In this document: positions 9,708-19,559 of the stretch, one piece after another | Layout of the letters: every line of letters starts with the position of its first letter | How positions within the stretch are numbered: position 1 is the stretch's first letter | Source of the DNA: Nitrosopumilus maritimus SCM1 | Lineage (GTDB): Archaea; Thermoproteota; Nitrososphaeria; Nitrososphaerales; Nitrosopumilaceae | NCBI RefSeq assembly: GCF_000018465.1 | Contig: NC_010085.1 | Span: 600,001 to 632,000 of the forward strand | Length of the DNA: 32,000 nucleotides | Direction: 5' to 3' | Translations under genes and position numbers: made by a program | Notes under the pieces: generated by a model | What the model was told of the DNA's origin: nothing | What the model saw: only the letters and a program-made list of their open reading frames with translations | Database searches by the model: none

Positions 9708-10628
9708 TTGAAAATGCCAATAAATGCTGAATTACATTGTCATAATTCTTTTTCAAATTTTCATGTAGGTCATGATGAACCTCCTTATGATTGTGATATC
9801 ACTATACGAGATCAACTTGAGCGATCATATCGTTTGGGATTAGATGCAATTTTTGTTACTAATCATAATACTCTGGATGGATACCGTCAATTGTTAGAAT
9901 ACAAAAATAATCATTCCAAATTCAAAAACATCGATGTTTTTCCGGCAGAAGAAATCACCACTGATACTGGTGCTCATGTTTTAGCTTATGGAATTCATGA
10001 TGTGATCTCACCTGGCCTTTCTCTTGAGGAAGTAATAGATGAAGTTAGAAAACAAGGTGGAGTGTCGTCTGCTCCTCATCCATTTAGTTTACTTGATGCA
10101 CTACGTGACAGTGCCAAAAAATGTGACATGGTGGAGGTCTTTAACAGCAATAATGTTGATATTCTATCTAATGCTCGTGCAACAAAATTTGCTTTGGATA
10201 ATAACATGATTCAAGTTGCAGGGAGTGATTCCCATGTTTTATCAACACTTGGAAGATGTGTCAATGTAATTGATTCTGAAAATAATCTAGATGATATTTT
10301 ATTTGCTATGAAACATGGGAAAATAGAAATTTCTCAAACAGGTTATGCTCATCAAGCTGAAACACTTGACCATTTGCGATACAAAATTAATAATTCCAAA
10401 GAATATTTGATTGATTATATTTCTGAACACTATCCAAATGCAAAATGGCTTTTGACATTGTTATTGAGAATTTACGATTCCAATCAAAATAGTCACATGT
10501 GGGCACTTTTTTACAAAATTGCAATTTATTTGATGAAGAGAATTTCTCATAAAATCAATTTCCAGAATCAAGATCCAAGTTTCATGAAAGACAGAAATCT
10601 TGCAACCATGTTCAAAATGGCACTGTAA
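9708..10628 (+). CDS. PHP-domain metal-dependent phosphoesterase
   Basis: 306 aa. AELHCHNSFSN, FVTNHNTLDG, PAEEITTDTGAHVLAYGI, AGSDSHVLSTLG. Confidence 0.85.
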   Translation: MKMPINAELHCHNSFSNFHVGHDEPPYDCDITIRDQLERSYRLGLDAIFVTNHNTLDGYRQLLEYKNNHSKFKNIDVFPAEEITTDTGAHVLAYGIHDVISPGLSLEEVIDEVRKQGGVSSAPHPFSLLDALRDSAKKCDMVEVFNSNNVDILSNARATKFALDNNMIQVAGSDSHVLSTLGRCVNVIDSENNLDDILFAMKHGKIEISQTGYAHQAETLDHLRYKINNSKEYLIDYISEHYPNAKWLLTLLLRIYDSNQNSHMWALFYKIAIYLMKRISHKINFQNQDPSFMKDRNLATMFKMAL

Positions 10629-10695
10629 GCAATAATTAATCTAAAAAACTCAAATAGCTTTTAATATGACAGAACGTCCTTTTTCAGTTAGTTAA

Positions 10696-10932
10696 ATGTC
10701 CGAATCAACAGAAAAAAAATTAGATGCAACTGGATTATTTTGTCCAGAACCTGTATTCAGAACTAAAATTGAAATTGAAAGGATGCAAGTCGGTGAAACA
10801 TTAACAGTTTCTGCTGATGATCCTGCAGCTGAAGATGATATCTCTAGATGGGTAACAAGACAAGGTCATGAATTACTTGACATGTCTAAAAATGGAGATG
10901 TAATTACATTTCAAATTAAAAAGGTGAAATAA
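10696..10932 (+). CDS. TusA-family sulfur carrier protein
   Basis: 78 aa. LDATGLFCPEPVFRTKIEIERMQVGETLTVSADDPAAEDDI with the CPxP motif. Confidence 0.88.
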   Translation: MSESTEKKLDATGLFCPEPVFRTKIEIERMQVGETLTVSADDPAAEDDISRWVTRQGHELLDMSKNGDVITFQIKKVK

Positions 10933-10940
10933 CCAAAATT

Positions 10941-11933
10941 ATGACTACTGTAACTGACACAGATGTTTTGAATCGTGTAGGTAACACTCCTCTTGTAAAA
11001 TTAGATTCCCTTTCACATGATAATGTGGATTATTTTGCAAAATTGGAAGGTCATAATCCATTTGGTTCTGTAAAAGACAGAGCTGCATACTGGATGATAA
11101 AAGATGGCGAAGAAAAAGGAATTCTGACAAAAGGTAAGAGCATTATCATAGAACCAACTTCTGGAAATACTGGAATTGCTTTAACTGGAATTGCAAATTT
11201 GTTGGGATACAAAGTTGAGATTGTTATTCCTGAAAAGGCAAGTAATGAAACTAAAGATATTATTCGAAATTTGGGCGCCAAAGTCTTTGAAACAAGTGAT
11301 GATTTATGTCCTAAAGTTGGTGCGGGAACTGATCAAAGTATCGCACTTGCAACTTCTATTGCATCCTCAAGACCTGATACCTATTATTCTCCAAATCAAT
11401 ACGCTAATGAAGCAAACTTCAAAGGTCATTACATTGGAACAGGACCTGAAATTTGGAGACAAACTGAGGGTAAAGTGACTCATTTCTTTACTGGTGTGGG
11501 TACTGGTGGAACAATTACTGGTATTGGTGCATTTCTTAAAGAAAAAAACCCTGATGTGAAAATTATTGGATGTCAACCCCAACAAAACCACCTCATTCAA
11601 GGATGGAGAAACTTTGAAGAATCTGCAAAACCTGATTTATTTTTGAAGAGAGAAAATGTTGTTGATGATTGGGTTTCTGTTGATAATGACGAAGCATTCT
11701 CTGTTGTAAAGGATGTTTTTGAAAAAGATCAACTTTTGATTAGCCCTTCATCTGCTGCAGTCTATGCTTGTATGAAAAAATATCCTATTGAAGGAGATGC
11801 ATGTGTTGTTGGAATTTTTGCTGATGATGGCCGAAAATTCAAGAGTGTTTATGCTAAACAAAATGTAATGCCTGAAGAAAGTTTTGAAAATTGTCTTAAG
11901 GACGCAAAACACATGTCAGAATTAGCATACTAG
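10941..11933 (+). CDS. cysM: PLP-dependent cysteine synthase (CysK/CysM family)
   Basis: 330 aa. NRVGNTPLVKL, NPFGSVKDRAAYWM, PTSGNTGIALTGIA, GVGTGGTITGIGAFLKEK. Confidence 0.9.
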   Translation: MTTVTDTDVLNRVGNTPLVKLDSLSHDNVDYFAKLEGHNPFGSVKDRAAYWMIKDGEEKGILTKGKSIIIEPTSGNTGIALTGIANLLGYKVEIVIPEKASNETKDIIRNLGAKVFETSDDLCPKVGAGTDQSIALATSIASSRPDTYYSPNQYANEANFKGHYIGTGPEIWRQTEGKVTHFFTGVGTGGTITGIGAFLKEKNPDVKIIGCQPQQNHLIQGWRNFEESAKPDLFLKRENVVDDWVSVDNDEAFSVVKDVFEKDQLLISPSSAAVYACMKKYPIEGDACVVGIFADDGRKFKSVYAKQNVMPEESFENCLKDAKHMSELAY

Positions 11934-12407
11934 TTATTCTAAAATATTTTTCAAGTGTTTTTCATAAAAATCTCTAAAATATGAATTCATATCTCTTTCA
12001 TGATGTAGACATTTATCACTTTGATCTGTAATGTTGTTTTTTATTTCTCTGCTCCATTGACTTTGTTGTCTGTCTTTAGAGTTGATGATTGTAGGGTTCT
12101 CTTCAATTTTTTGCATGATATCTATCAATGATGATGACAATTGTCGGAATTTGCTAATCTGTAAAAGAAATCTTTCTGATTCCTCCTTGTCTGCAATTTT
12201 CATTAATGAGAATACTTGATTGTAATATTCTAAAGCTTTTTTGTTATATTCTTCAAAATTCTTGATTCTTTTTTGCCAATATTCTTTTGATGTTTTTTCT
12301 TCTACTTTGTAGCTAAATTGAATTTTGCTTAATTCCATGCCTAATTTTGCTAGTTTATCACTATGTTCCTTCATGGTTTTTTGACTATTTTCTATCTCGT
12401 CAGTCAT
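11934..12407 (-). CDS. Hypothetical protein, charged/helical
   Basis: 157-aa ORF filling the gap between cysM and the next minus-strand gene. Lys/Glu-rich with likely helices. Confidence 0.6.
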   Translation of the reverse strand: MTDEIENSQKTMKEHSDKLAKLGMELSKIQFSYKVEEKTSKEYWQKRIKNFEEYNKKALEYYNQVFSLMKIADKEESERFLLQISKFRQLSSSLIDIMQKIEENPTIINSKDRQQSQWSREIKNNITDQSDKCLHHERDMNSYFRDFYEKHLKNILE

Positions 12408-12439
12408 GAAAATCTGTATTTTTTATTCCAATAAAGAGT

Positions 12440-12655
12440 TTAGATTTGTGATTTGTTCCAAGATTCTAAGGATTCTTTGGAATATTCCAACAGACATTTT
12501 TCACAAAATGAATCCCATTCTCCAATTCCATTCTTTTTGAAATAATCTAATGACCATTTGTATGGTGGTTTTTCTCTGTATTGAAATTGCTGAATCGTAT
12601 AGATTTCTTTTTCAAAAAATTTGTTTAAGCATTTTTTGCATTGTGCATTTTTCAT
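12440..12655 (-). CDS. Small zinc-ribbon-like hypothetical protein
   Basis: 71 aa. Two Cys pairs, CKKC and CEKC (AQCKKCLNKFF...FCEKCLLEY). Overlaps the trxB start. Confidence 0.65.
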   Translation of the reverse strand: MKNAQCKKCLNKFFEKEIYTIQQFQYREKPPYKWSLDYFKKNGIGEWDSFCEKCLLEYSKESLESWNKSQI

Positions 12656-13656
12656 TCTTGATTATCTGCACTTTCTGTTAGATATTTATCTACATCAATT
12701 GCTGCCATACAACCATAACCTGCAGCTGTAATTGCCTGTCTGTAACTTCTATCATGTACATCACCTGCAGCAAAAACACCTTCAACATTTGTATGTGTTT
12801 TATTTTTCAGTACAACATACCCCTCATCATCTAAATCAATTTGATTTTTGAATAATTTTGTATTTGGTTCGTGTCCAATTGCGACAAAGAGGCCTCCTAC
12901 ATCTAATGTTGATTCTTCATTTGTTTTTAGATTTTTTAAAACTGCTTGTTGCATTTTTTGATCACCTTTAATGTCAACTACTGCTGAATCCCAATGGAAT
13001 TTTATTTTTTCATTACTATGTGCTCTGTCTTGCATTACTTTGCTTGCACGTAACTCATCTCTTCTGTGAACCAAATGTACAGTTGTTGCAAATTTTGTAA
13101 GAAAAGTTGCTTCTTCTACTGCAGAATCTCCTCCTCCAACTACTACTAACTCTTGATTTCTAAAGAATGGTCCATCACATGTTGCACAATAAGATACTCC
13201 TTTTCCTCCAAAAGTCTCTTCCCCCTCTAATCCAAGTTTTCTGGGATTTGCACCTGTTGCAATAATAATTGCCCGGCCTTCATATTCTTCAGATGCTGTC
13301 AACACTTTGAGTGGTTTTCGCCTAAAATCTACATCTACGGCCTCATCATCTACAATGGTTGTTCCCATTCTTTGACACTGTTTTCTCATTTCTATCATTA
13401 AATCTGGACCCATGATTCCGTTTTCAAATCCTGGATAGTTCTCAACTTCAGTTGTATTGACAAGTTGGCCTCCAGGTAATATCCCTGATAAAATTAAGGT
13501 GTCATATCCTGCTCTGGAACAATAAATTCCAGCTGTATAACCAGAAGGACCTGCACCAATAATCACAACATCAAATTTTGTTTTTTTCTTATCTGGCATT
13601 TTTGGACCGTCGTCTTTTGATTCTAGAACTGTAGAACCAGCATCTGCTGCCATCAT
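12652..13656 (-). CDS. trxB: Thioredoxin-disulfide reductase (start possibly at the internal Met, about 13599)
   Basis: 334 aa. VVIIGAGPSGYTAGIYCSRAG, redox-active YCATCDGPFF, VVGGGDSAVEEATFL, GVFAAGDVHD. Confidence 0.92.
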   Translation of the reverse strand: MMAADAGSTVLESKDDGPKMPDKKKTKFDVVIIGAGPSGYTAGIYCSRAGYDTLILSGILPGGQLVNTTEVENYPGFENGIMGPDLMIEMRKQCQRMGTTIVDDEAVDVDFRRKPLKVLTASEEYEGRAIIIATGANPRKLGLEGEETFGGKGVSYCATCDGPFFRNQELVVVGGGDSAVEEATFLTKFATTVHLVHRRDELRASKVMQDRAHSNEKIKFHWDSAVVDIKGDQKMQQAVLKNLKTNEESTLDVGGLFVAIGHEPNTKLFKNQIDLDDEGYVVLKNKTHTNVEGVFAAGDVHDRSYRQAITAAGYGCMAAIDVDKYLTESADNQE

Positions 13657-13706
13657 GATAACTCATCTTTTAATTTCAATAATTTAAGTGAATATCCTTT
13701 TTTTGA

Positions 13707-14204
13707 TTAATCATCTTTCATTCTCATAAGAATCTGGTCACATATTTTGCGCATTTGAGAATCAGATCCCACACTAGAAATTCTTACAATATCTGTGGTG
13801 GTAATGATCCCTACAATTTCCTCATCTTCTATAACTGGTAGCTTATGTATTGATTTTTCTTTCATAATTTCTGCTGCTTCCCAAATTGTACTCTCTGATT
13901 TTATTGTAATTAGTGGTGATGACATTACTTCAAAAATCTTAGTATGTGGAGTTTTTCTTTCTGCAACAATTTTTGTAACAAAATCTCTTTCTGTTACTAT
14001 TCCTAAAGTTGCAATTTTATCTACAACAATAACACATCCTACATTTTCTTCTTTCATTTTTTTTGCTACTTCTTCTAATGTTTCTGACACTTTTACCGTT
14101 AGAACGTTTTTACTCATTATTTGATTTACAAATGTATTTTCCACATATTTTTTTAGTTTGTTAACTATATGATTAGATTTCAAATTATCATTTCTGAAAA
14201 TCAA
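13707..14204 (-). CDS. Tandem CBS-domain protein
   Basis: 165 aa. Two CBS repeats: IMSKNVLTVKVSETLEEVAKKM...VGIVTERD and VMSSPLITIKSESTIWEAAEIM...VGIITTTDIV. Confidence 0.88.
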   Translation of the reverse strand: MIFRNDNLKSNHIVNKLKKYVENTFVNQIMSKNVLTVKVSETLEEVAKKMKEENVGCVIVVDKIATLGIVTERDFVTKIVAERKTPHTKIFEVMSSPLITIKSESTIWEAAEIMKEKSIHKLPVIEDEEIVGIITTTDIVRISSVGSDSQMRKICDQILMRMKDD

Positions 14205-14253
14205 TCAAGAAAATCAAAAGGCCTTTTAAATTAATTATTAATCAATTATTAAT

Positions 14254-14685
14254 ATGGTGATAAAAACAAAAAAAATCTTAGTTCCTCTAGATGGTTCTAA
14301 AAACTCAATTCGTGGTTTAGATATGGCCATTCATTTAGCAAGACAATCTCAGGGTGTAATCGTTGGATTATCTGTAAAATCTGTGCCTGGAATTTATGCT
14401 ATTCACCCTTTAGGTTTTTTAGATTTTAATACTTCAAAAGAAATGAAACAAATCCTTGATGATGCAAAATTACGCGCAGCAAAAAAAGGAATTAAATTAA
14501 TTTCAAAAAAATTATCTGGTGATCCTGGATATGATATTGCTAGATTTACAAATAATAAAAAAAATGGAATTGATTTAGTAGTTATCGGTGCTCGTGGAAG
14601 AAGTTCTGCAAAAGAGCTTTTTTTGGGCAGTGTTTCAAATTATGTGTTACATAAATCCAAAAAACCGGTACTTGTTGTGAAATGA
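14254..14685 (+). CDS. Universal stress protein (UspA family)
   Basis: 143 aa. KILVPLDGSKNS...LVVIGARGRSSAKELFLGSVSNYVLHKSKKPVLVVK. Confidence 0.9.
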   Translation: MVIKTKKILVPLDGSKNSIRGLDMAIHLARQSQGVIVGLSVKSVPGIYAIHPLGFLDFNTSKEMKQILDDAKLRAAKKGIKLISKKLSGDPGYDIARFTNNKKNGIDLVVIGARGRSSAKELFLGSVSNYVLHKSKKPVLVVK

Positions 14686-15029
14686 CTGAAGTTCCATTAT
14701 ACATTACTGGATTATCAAAAGATGATCTTGCTAACCAAACTCTCTTCTCAAAATTTGGTGCCGCTCTTGAGAAAGTTCAACCAGTACTACCTGATGTTAT
14801 TGAAGCAAAAATTGATGTCAAGACTCAAAATATTGAAGGTGCTAGAACACATTATGATGTTACTGCTACAATAAAGGCCTCCAAAAATCATCTTGTCTAT
14901 ACTGAATCTGATTGGGATATAATCAAAATTGCTGATGAGTTATGTAGAAAACTTGAACGCGAATTATCTAAACATGATGACAAACGTCAAAGAGACAGTG
15001 TTCGAAAAAGAGATGTTAGGAATCTCTAA
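14682..15029 (+). CDS. Possible HPF/RaiA (sigma-54 modulation/S30EA)-like protein
   Basis: 115 aa. VIEAKIDVKTQNIEGARTHYDVTATIKASKNHLVYTESDWDIIKIADELCRKLERELSKHDDKR resembles the C-terminal half of hibernation factors. ATGA overlap with the USP gene. Confidence 0.45.
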   Translation: MTEVPLYITGLSKDDLANQTLFSKFGAALEKVQPVLPDVIEAKIDVKTQNIEGARTHYDVTATIKASKNHLVYTESDWDIIKIADELCRKLERELSKHDDKRQRDSVRKRDVRNL

Positions 15030-15046
15030 TAGTGAAAGAATAGCAT

Positions 15047-15958
15047 GTGATGTGTTTGATTTCAATTGTAGGTACTGGTAGGGTTGGTGCATCTATTGCA
15101 TTTCTTTGTGTATCAAATGGCTTAGATGATGTATTGTTGGTAAACACTACTAAAGAGAAAGCCATTGGTGAATCTCTAGATGTGGCAAGTGCAATTCCTG
15201 CAAATTCTAAATTTTCTATTCGTGGAACTGATGATTATTCTGAATTAATAGGATCTGATATTGTTATTATTGCAGCAAGTGTTGGTATCTATACCAAACA
15301 CCGTGCTGAGAACATTGATCATCAAGTGGCAATGATAAAAAACATTGCAAAAAAAATTAAAAAATATTGCCCTTCTGCAATTGTTTTATTAGTTTCAAAT
15401 CCTCTTGATGTTTTAACTTACTTTTTTCAAAAAACAACTGGTTTTTCTAGATTCAAAGTAATTGGTATTGCATCTAGTCTTGATACAAGTAGATTTCGTT
15501 ATTATATTTCTGAAACATTATCTGTTCCACAATCTTCAGTTTCAAATGCCCTTGTTTTAGGTGAACATGGTGATTCTATGGTTCCGATCTTTTCTGGTGT
15601 TTCTGTTGGTGATAACCCTCTCTTCTCTATGATTGATAGTCGTGATACCATCACTGACAATGTACGAAATTATTGGAGAACTTTGAGAAATTTTAAGAGC
15701 AGATCTCAATTTGGTATTGCCAAAAATGTATTTGATGTAGTTGATGCTATTCGAAATAAAAAAGAAATCTCTATTCCTGCTTCAGTTGTTCTTGATGGTG
15801 AATATGATGAACACGATGTTGCGATGGGTATACCAGTAATAATTAATCAAAATGGGGTATCTGAAATACAAAAAATTAAACTTGATGATACTGAATCTTC
15901 TTCTCTCAAAAAGTCAGCTGAAAAAATTCGTAGTGACATTAAATCTGTTCATGATTGA
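15047..15958 (+). CDS. mdh: Malate/lactate dehydrogenase family (GTG start in the track; ATG at 15050)
   Basis: 303 aa. ISIVGTGRVGASIAFL, VLLVSNPLDVLTYF, VLGEHGDSMVPIFS. Confidence 0.88.
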   Translation: MMCLISIVGTGRVGASIAFLCVSNGLDDVLLVNTTKEKAIGESLDVASAIPANSKFSIRGTDDYSELIGSDIVIIAASVGIYTKHRAENIDHQVAMIKNIAKKIKKYCPSAIVLLVSNPLDVLTYFFQKTTGFSRFKVIGIASSLDTSRFRYYISETLSVPQSSVSNALVLGEHGDSMVPIFSGVSVGDNPLFSMIDSRDTITDNVRNYWRTLRNFKSRSQFGIAKNVFDVVDAIRNKKEISIPASVVLDGEYDEHDVAMGIPVIINQNGVSEIQKIKLDDTESSSLKKSAEKIRSDIKSVHD

Positions 15959-16719
15959 TTGATTATTTTTTCAAAACTCTCTTCATGCTTTTTACAAAAT
16001 TTCTTGTTTGTTTGTGCGTAAAGTAGTTCTTTTTGCCAGTGTGCATTATACAACCTACATTCTTTGTCTTCGCAAAATGCATCTCCTGTTTCATAATACA
16101 TAATAGCTTGTAACAGATAACTCTCTGCAACTTCTGATAGTCTTGGATCGTTATACTCTAAAAATTCTCCCTTGTATTTCTCTTTGATTTTTTCTGTATT
16201 TTCTTTGGTAAAGTTTGTCATTAATTCCAAATAGTACTCTTTAGGTTTTGCAGGTGCTTCAATTATTCCTGTCGTTGAAATTATTGTGGGATTTGTTCCA
16301 ATTAATGCCCTTGCATGATATCTAAAGTCACTTTCATCAAATGTACATGTTAGTTTGTTTGTAAAAATTATGTTTAGAATATCTTGATTGCCTTCATCTG
16401 CAGGAATAAATTTTGAAATTCTTTTCTGAAATTCAAATCCATCATAAAGAATCTTTTCTTCATTTTGTGAATTATCTGTATTTTCTTTTTCCATTTGTAT
16501 TTCTGATTCTGTTGGAATGTGACTTGAAAATGGTTTTTTTAATTCATAAATTCTTGTAGTGGCAATTTCTTGAAATAATTTTTCATTTGTGTTTTCAAAA
16601 AAGTTTTTTCGGATTTCTATCTCCACATGAAATGTTTCTTTAAGAAATTTCTCTATGTTGTTTATTTGAATTTCTGGAACTGTAGGTTCGTCATAAATGA
16701 TAATTTTACTTGTTTTCAC
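15949..16719 (-). CDS. Hypothetical protein, possibly a metal-binding/metallopeptidase-like archaeal family
   Basis: 256 aa. Possible metal ligands in FCEDKECRLYNAHWQKELLYAQTNKKFCKKHE. Convergent with mdh, 10-nt overlap. Confidence 0.55.
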   Translation of the reverse strand: MKTSKIIIYDEPTVPEIQINNIEKFLKETFHVEIEIRKNFFENTNEKLFQEIATTRIYELKKPFSSHIPTESEIQMEKENTDNSQNEEKILYDGFEFQKRISKFIPADEGNQDILNIIFTNKLTCTFDESDFRYHARALIGTNPTIISTTGIIEAPAKPKEYYLELMTNFTKENTEKIKEKYKGEFLEYNDPRLSEVAESYLLQAIMYYETGDAFCEDKECRLYNAHWQKELLYAQTNKKFCKKHEESFEKIINQS

Positions 16720-16742
16720 TAGAAAAACAATGGATTGATTGC

Positions 16743-17561
16743 TTATCTTTCTAACTCTTTGATTTTCTCAGCTGCAATCTCTGCTGCTCTCTTTCCAGAG
16801 TATAACATTGAACCAAATGTTGGTCCCATTCTTGCTAATCCGTGAGTTTCTGTGACTGACATTCCTGCTGCGATTAGTCCTGGGTAAATTTCACCTGTTT
16901 TGTGAACAACATGTTCTTCACCGTCATTTACAAACATTGGTTCCATTCCTTTCCACTCGGCTAAACCTCTGTCGACTAGTCTTTTTACTGCAACAGAATC
17001 GTGTCCTGATGCATCGATGATTATTTTTGCTTCAAATGCAACTGGATCAACACATGTAATGTTACGTGGTAATGCTGAAACTGGCATCCAGTTAACAACA
17101 ATTCCTGCAACTCTTCCGTTCTTTAGAACCAAGTCATCAAACTTTGTTAGTTGTAAGAATTTTACACCTGCATCACATGCACCTGCAATTAATTTTGAAA
17201 CTGCATGTGGACCTGGTGTCAAATACAAACCATCTTGTACTTTTTGATATGGAACACCTAATTCGTCCCAAATTTTTTGTGCAGGTTCTCTAACTGTAAC
17301 TGGGTTCATCATATAACCCCCTAACCAATATCCTCCCCCTAGGTAGTTGTTTTGTTCAATAACTAAAACTTTGAAACCCAAGTTTGAAAGTTCTCTACTT
17401 GCAGTAAGTCCTGCTGGACCTGCACCGATAATGATTACATCTGACTCTGCTCTATCAACTAGAACTTTGTGAAATTCATTTGCTATTGCTTGTGTAATTT
17501 CAACTTCACGTACGTCAGTAAATATTTTTGATGATTGTTCTGCTACAGTTGCTTCTTGCAT
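16743..17561 (-). CDS. thi4: Thiazole biosynthetic enzyme, ADP-thiazole synthase (Thi4 family)
   Basis: 272 aa. DVIIIGAGPAGLTASRELSNLG, LGGGYWLGGYMMNPVTVREPA, GLARMGPTFGSMLYSGKRAAE. Confidence 0.92.
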   Translation of the reverse strand: MQEATVAEQSSKIFTDVREVEITQAIANEFHKVLVDRAESDVIIIGAGPAGLTASRELSNLGFKVLVIEQNNYLGGGYWLGGYMMNPVTVREPAQKIWDELGVPYQKVQDGLYLTPGPHAVSKLIAGACDAGVKFLQLTKFDDLVLKNGRVAGIVVNWMPVSALPRNITCVDPVAFEAKIIIDASGHDSVAVKRLVDRGLAEWKGMEPMFVNDGEEHVVHKTGEIYPGLIAAGMSVTETHGLARMGPTFGSMLYSGKRAAEIAAEKIKELER

Positions 17562-17750
17562 GGAAAATTTCTTGTCTAGAACCCATTAATACTTTGCCAC
17601 CTCAAAAATTAGGATATACTAATTATTCTATATCTGTAAAACGAATCTTTCCTGAAAATATAGGAAATATTGAGTCAGCCTTGAAAGTTTGAGTCCCAAA
17701 ACCTCCATTTCTCAAAAATTTATATCCAAACAAAAAGGAATTTTGTTGTA

Positions 17751-19559
17751 TTGACAGTATCTGATCTTAAACAATCTCCAGCTGATTCTCCTAAACATAA
17801 AATCAATTGGGCAAGAATTGAAGAGGCTGATAATTTTGCAAAAACTGTAAAATTATTCCGTCAGGGAAAATACGATGAAGATAGTTTTAGACGATTTAGA
17901 CTCCAACATGGCGCATATGGTACTAGAATGACTAATGACTATGCTATGGTTAGAATTAAACTCCCTGCAGGTGAAATTTACCCTCATCAAATTGAAAAAT
18001 TATCTCAATTAAGTGAACAGTATTCTATTGGAAGTGCACATATCACAACCAGAGAAAGTGTTCAATTACACTGGGTAATTCTTGAAGATGTATCTGAAAT
18101 TCTCCGTGGTCTTGCTGATGTAGGAATGACATCAAGAGAGGCATGTGGAAATAGTGTAAGAAATGTAATGTGTAGTCCTATGACCGGTGTTTGTCCAAAT
18201 GAGGAATTTGATTCAACTCCATATGCACGTGCTACTGCAAAATTCTTTTTGAGAAACCCTATGAGTCAAAATCTTCCTCGTAAATTCAAATTCACTTTTA
18301 CATGTTGTGAGAAACATGGAATGGTAAGAATAGTTGATGTTGGGTTAATTCCTCAGATAAGAGAAATAGATGGAACTAAACAAAAGGGATTCAAAATATT
18401 TCTTGGTGGTGGATTAGGAAACAGATCATTTGTTGGACATCAATTAGAAGACTTTACTCCTGAAGAAGATTTACTTTACACCTCAATTGCTGTAGTGAAA
18501 ATATTTGATAGACTTGGTGATAGAAAAAATCTTGCAAGAAATAGAATGCGTTATCTTGTAAATGATATGGGTTGGGAAAAATTCCAAAATCTTGTATTAA
18601 AAGAAAGAGCTGTAGTAAGAGCCACTCAATCTGTAATTACACAACTTGATGTTGATCACACTCCTGATGAAATTAAACGCCCAATCAGAGTAAGTGACGA
18701 GAGTGGAACTGGAACTCCTGATGGCTATGCAAGATGGCTAAAAACTAACACTGAAACACAAAAACAATCTGATTATAGAACTGCATACATCACACTTGAA
18801 GCTGGAGATATTACGTCAAGTCAATTACAAGCATTAGCAGATATTATTCGTGACTTTTCTGCAGAAGGTAAGGCTCGTGCTGGCTTTGTACAAAATATTG
18901 CATTACGTTACGTTCATGAAGATGATTTGCCCCGTTTGTATTCTAAACTGCTTGAAATCGGTCTTGCAAAATCAGGTGCCCTTACCATGACTGCTCCTAT
19001 TGGATGTTCTGGCACAACTTCATGTAATTTGGCATTAACAAATTCACATAGACTGGCTAAAGAAATCCAAAGAAAATTCTTGGAACTAAAACTTGATGAA
19101 GATGATGACTTGCGTGATGCTTCTATCAAAATTAGTGGATGTCCAAACTCTTGTGGTCAACATGGAATTGCAACTATAGGATTCTTTGGCGGTGGTGCAC
19201 GTCTTGGAAAAGACATGTATGCAAATTATCAGATGTTGTTAGGTGGACGTTCTGATGGTGATGCAATGCTGGGACAAATCTGTCACAGAGTTCCTGCAAA
19301 AAGAGTGCTTCCTGTAATTTTGAAAATCATAGAGTTGTTTAAAGAACACAAGAAACCAGATGACACTCTAAAGTCTTGGATTCATAGAGTTGCTACAAAC
19401 ACTGAGGATTCTGAAATTAAAACCCTCAATGACATCAAAAAAGCAATTGACCCATTAACAATTCCTCCAACAAAAGAAGAGGATCCTGATTTCTATCTTG
19501 ATTATGGCAGCGACACTAGTTACCATACTAAAACTGGAAAAGGTGAGTGTGCTGCTTGA
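17751..19559 (+). CDS. Siroheme/4Fe-4S nitrite or sulfite reductase
   Basis: 602 aa. Ferredoxin-like half domains (IGSAHITTRESVQLHWV). Fe-S/siroheme Cys motifs GCSGTTSCNLAL and ISGCPNSCGQHGIATIGF. Confidence 0.88.
   Translation: MTVSDLKQSPADSPKHKINWARIEEADNFAKTVKLFRQGKYDEDSFRRFRLQHGAYGTRMTNDYAMVRIKLPAGEIYPHQIEKLSQLSEQYSIGSAHITTRESVQLHWVILEDVSEILRGLADVGMTSREACGNSVRNVMCSPMTGVCPNEEFDSTPYARATAKFFLRNPMSQNLPRKFKFTFTCCEKHGMVRIVDVGLIPQIREIDGTKQKGFKIFLGGGLGNRSFVGHQLEDFTPEEDLLYTSIAVVKIFDRLGDRKNLARNRMRYLVNDMGWEKFQNLVLKERAVVRATQSVITQLDVDHTPDEIKRPIRVSDESGTGTPDGYARWLKTNTETQKQSDYRTAYITLEAGDITSSQLQALADIIRDFSAEGKARAGFVQNIALRYVHEDDLPRLYSKLLEIGLAKSGALTMTAPIGCSGTTSCNLALTNSHRLAKEIQRKFLELKLDEDDDLRDASIKISGCPNSCGQHGIATIGFFGGGARLGKDMYANYQMLLGGRSDGDAMLGQICHRVPAKRVLPVILKIIELFKEHKKPDDTLKSWIHRVATNTEDSEIKTLNDIKKAIDPLTIPPTKEEDPDFYLDYGSDTSYHTKTGKGECAA

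Noticed and set aside
11051-11600. Extra ORFs antisense to or overlapping cysM (11051-11281, 11191-11478, 11367-11600)
   Set aside because: They overlap a strongly supported cysteine synthase and have no recognisable features.
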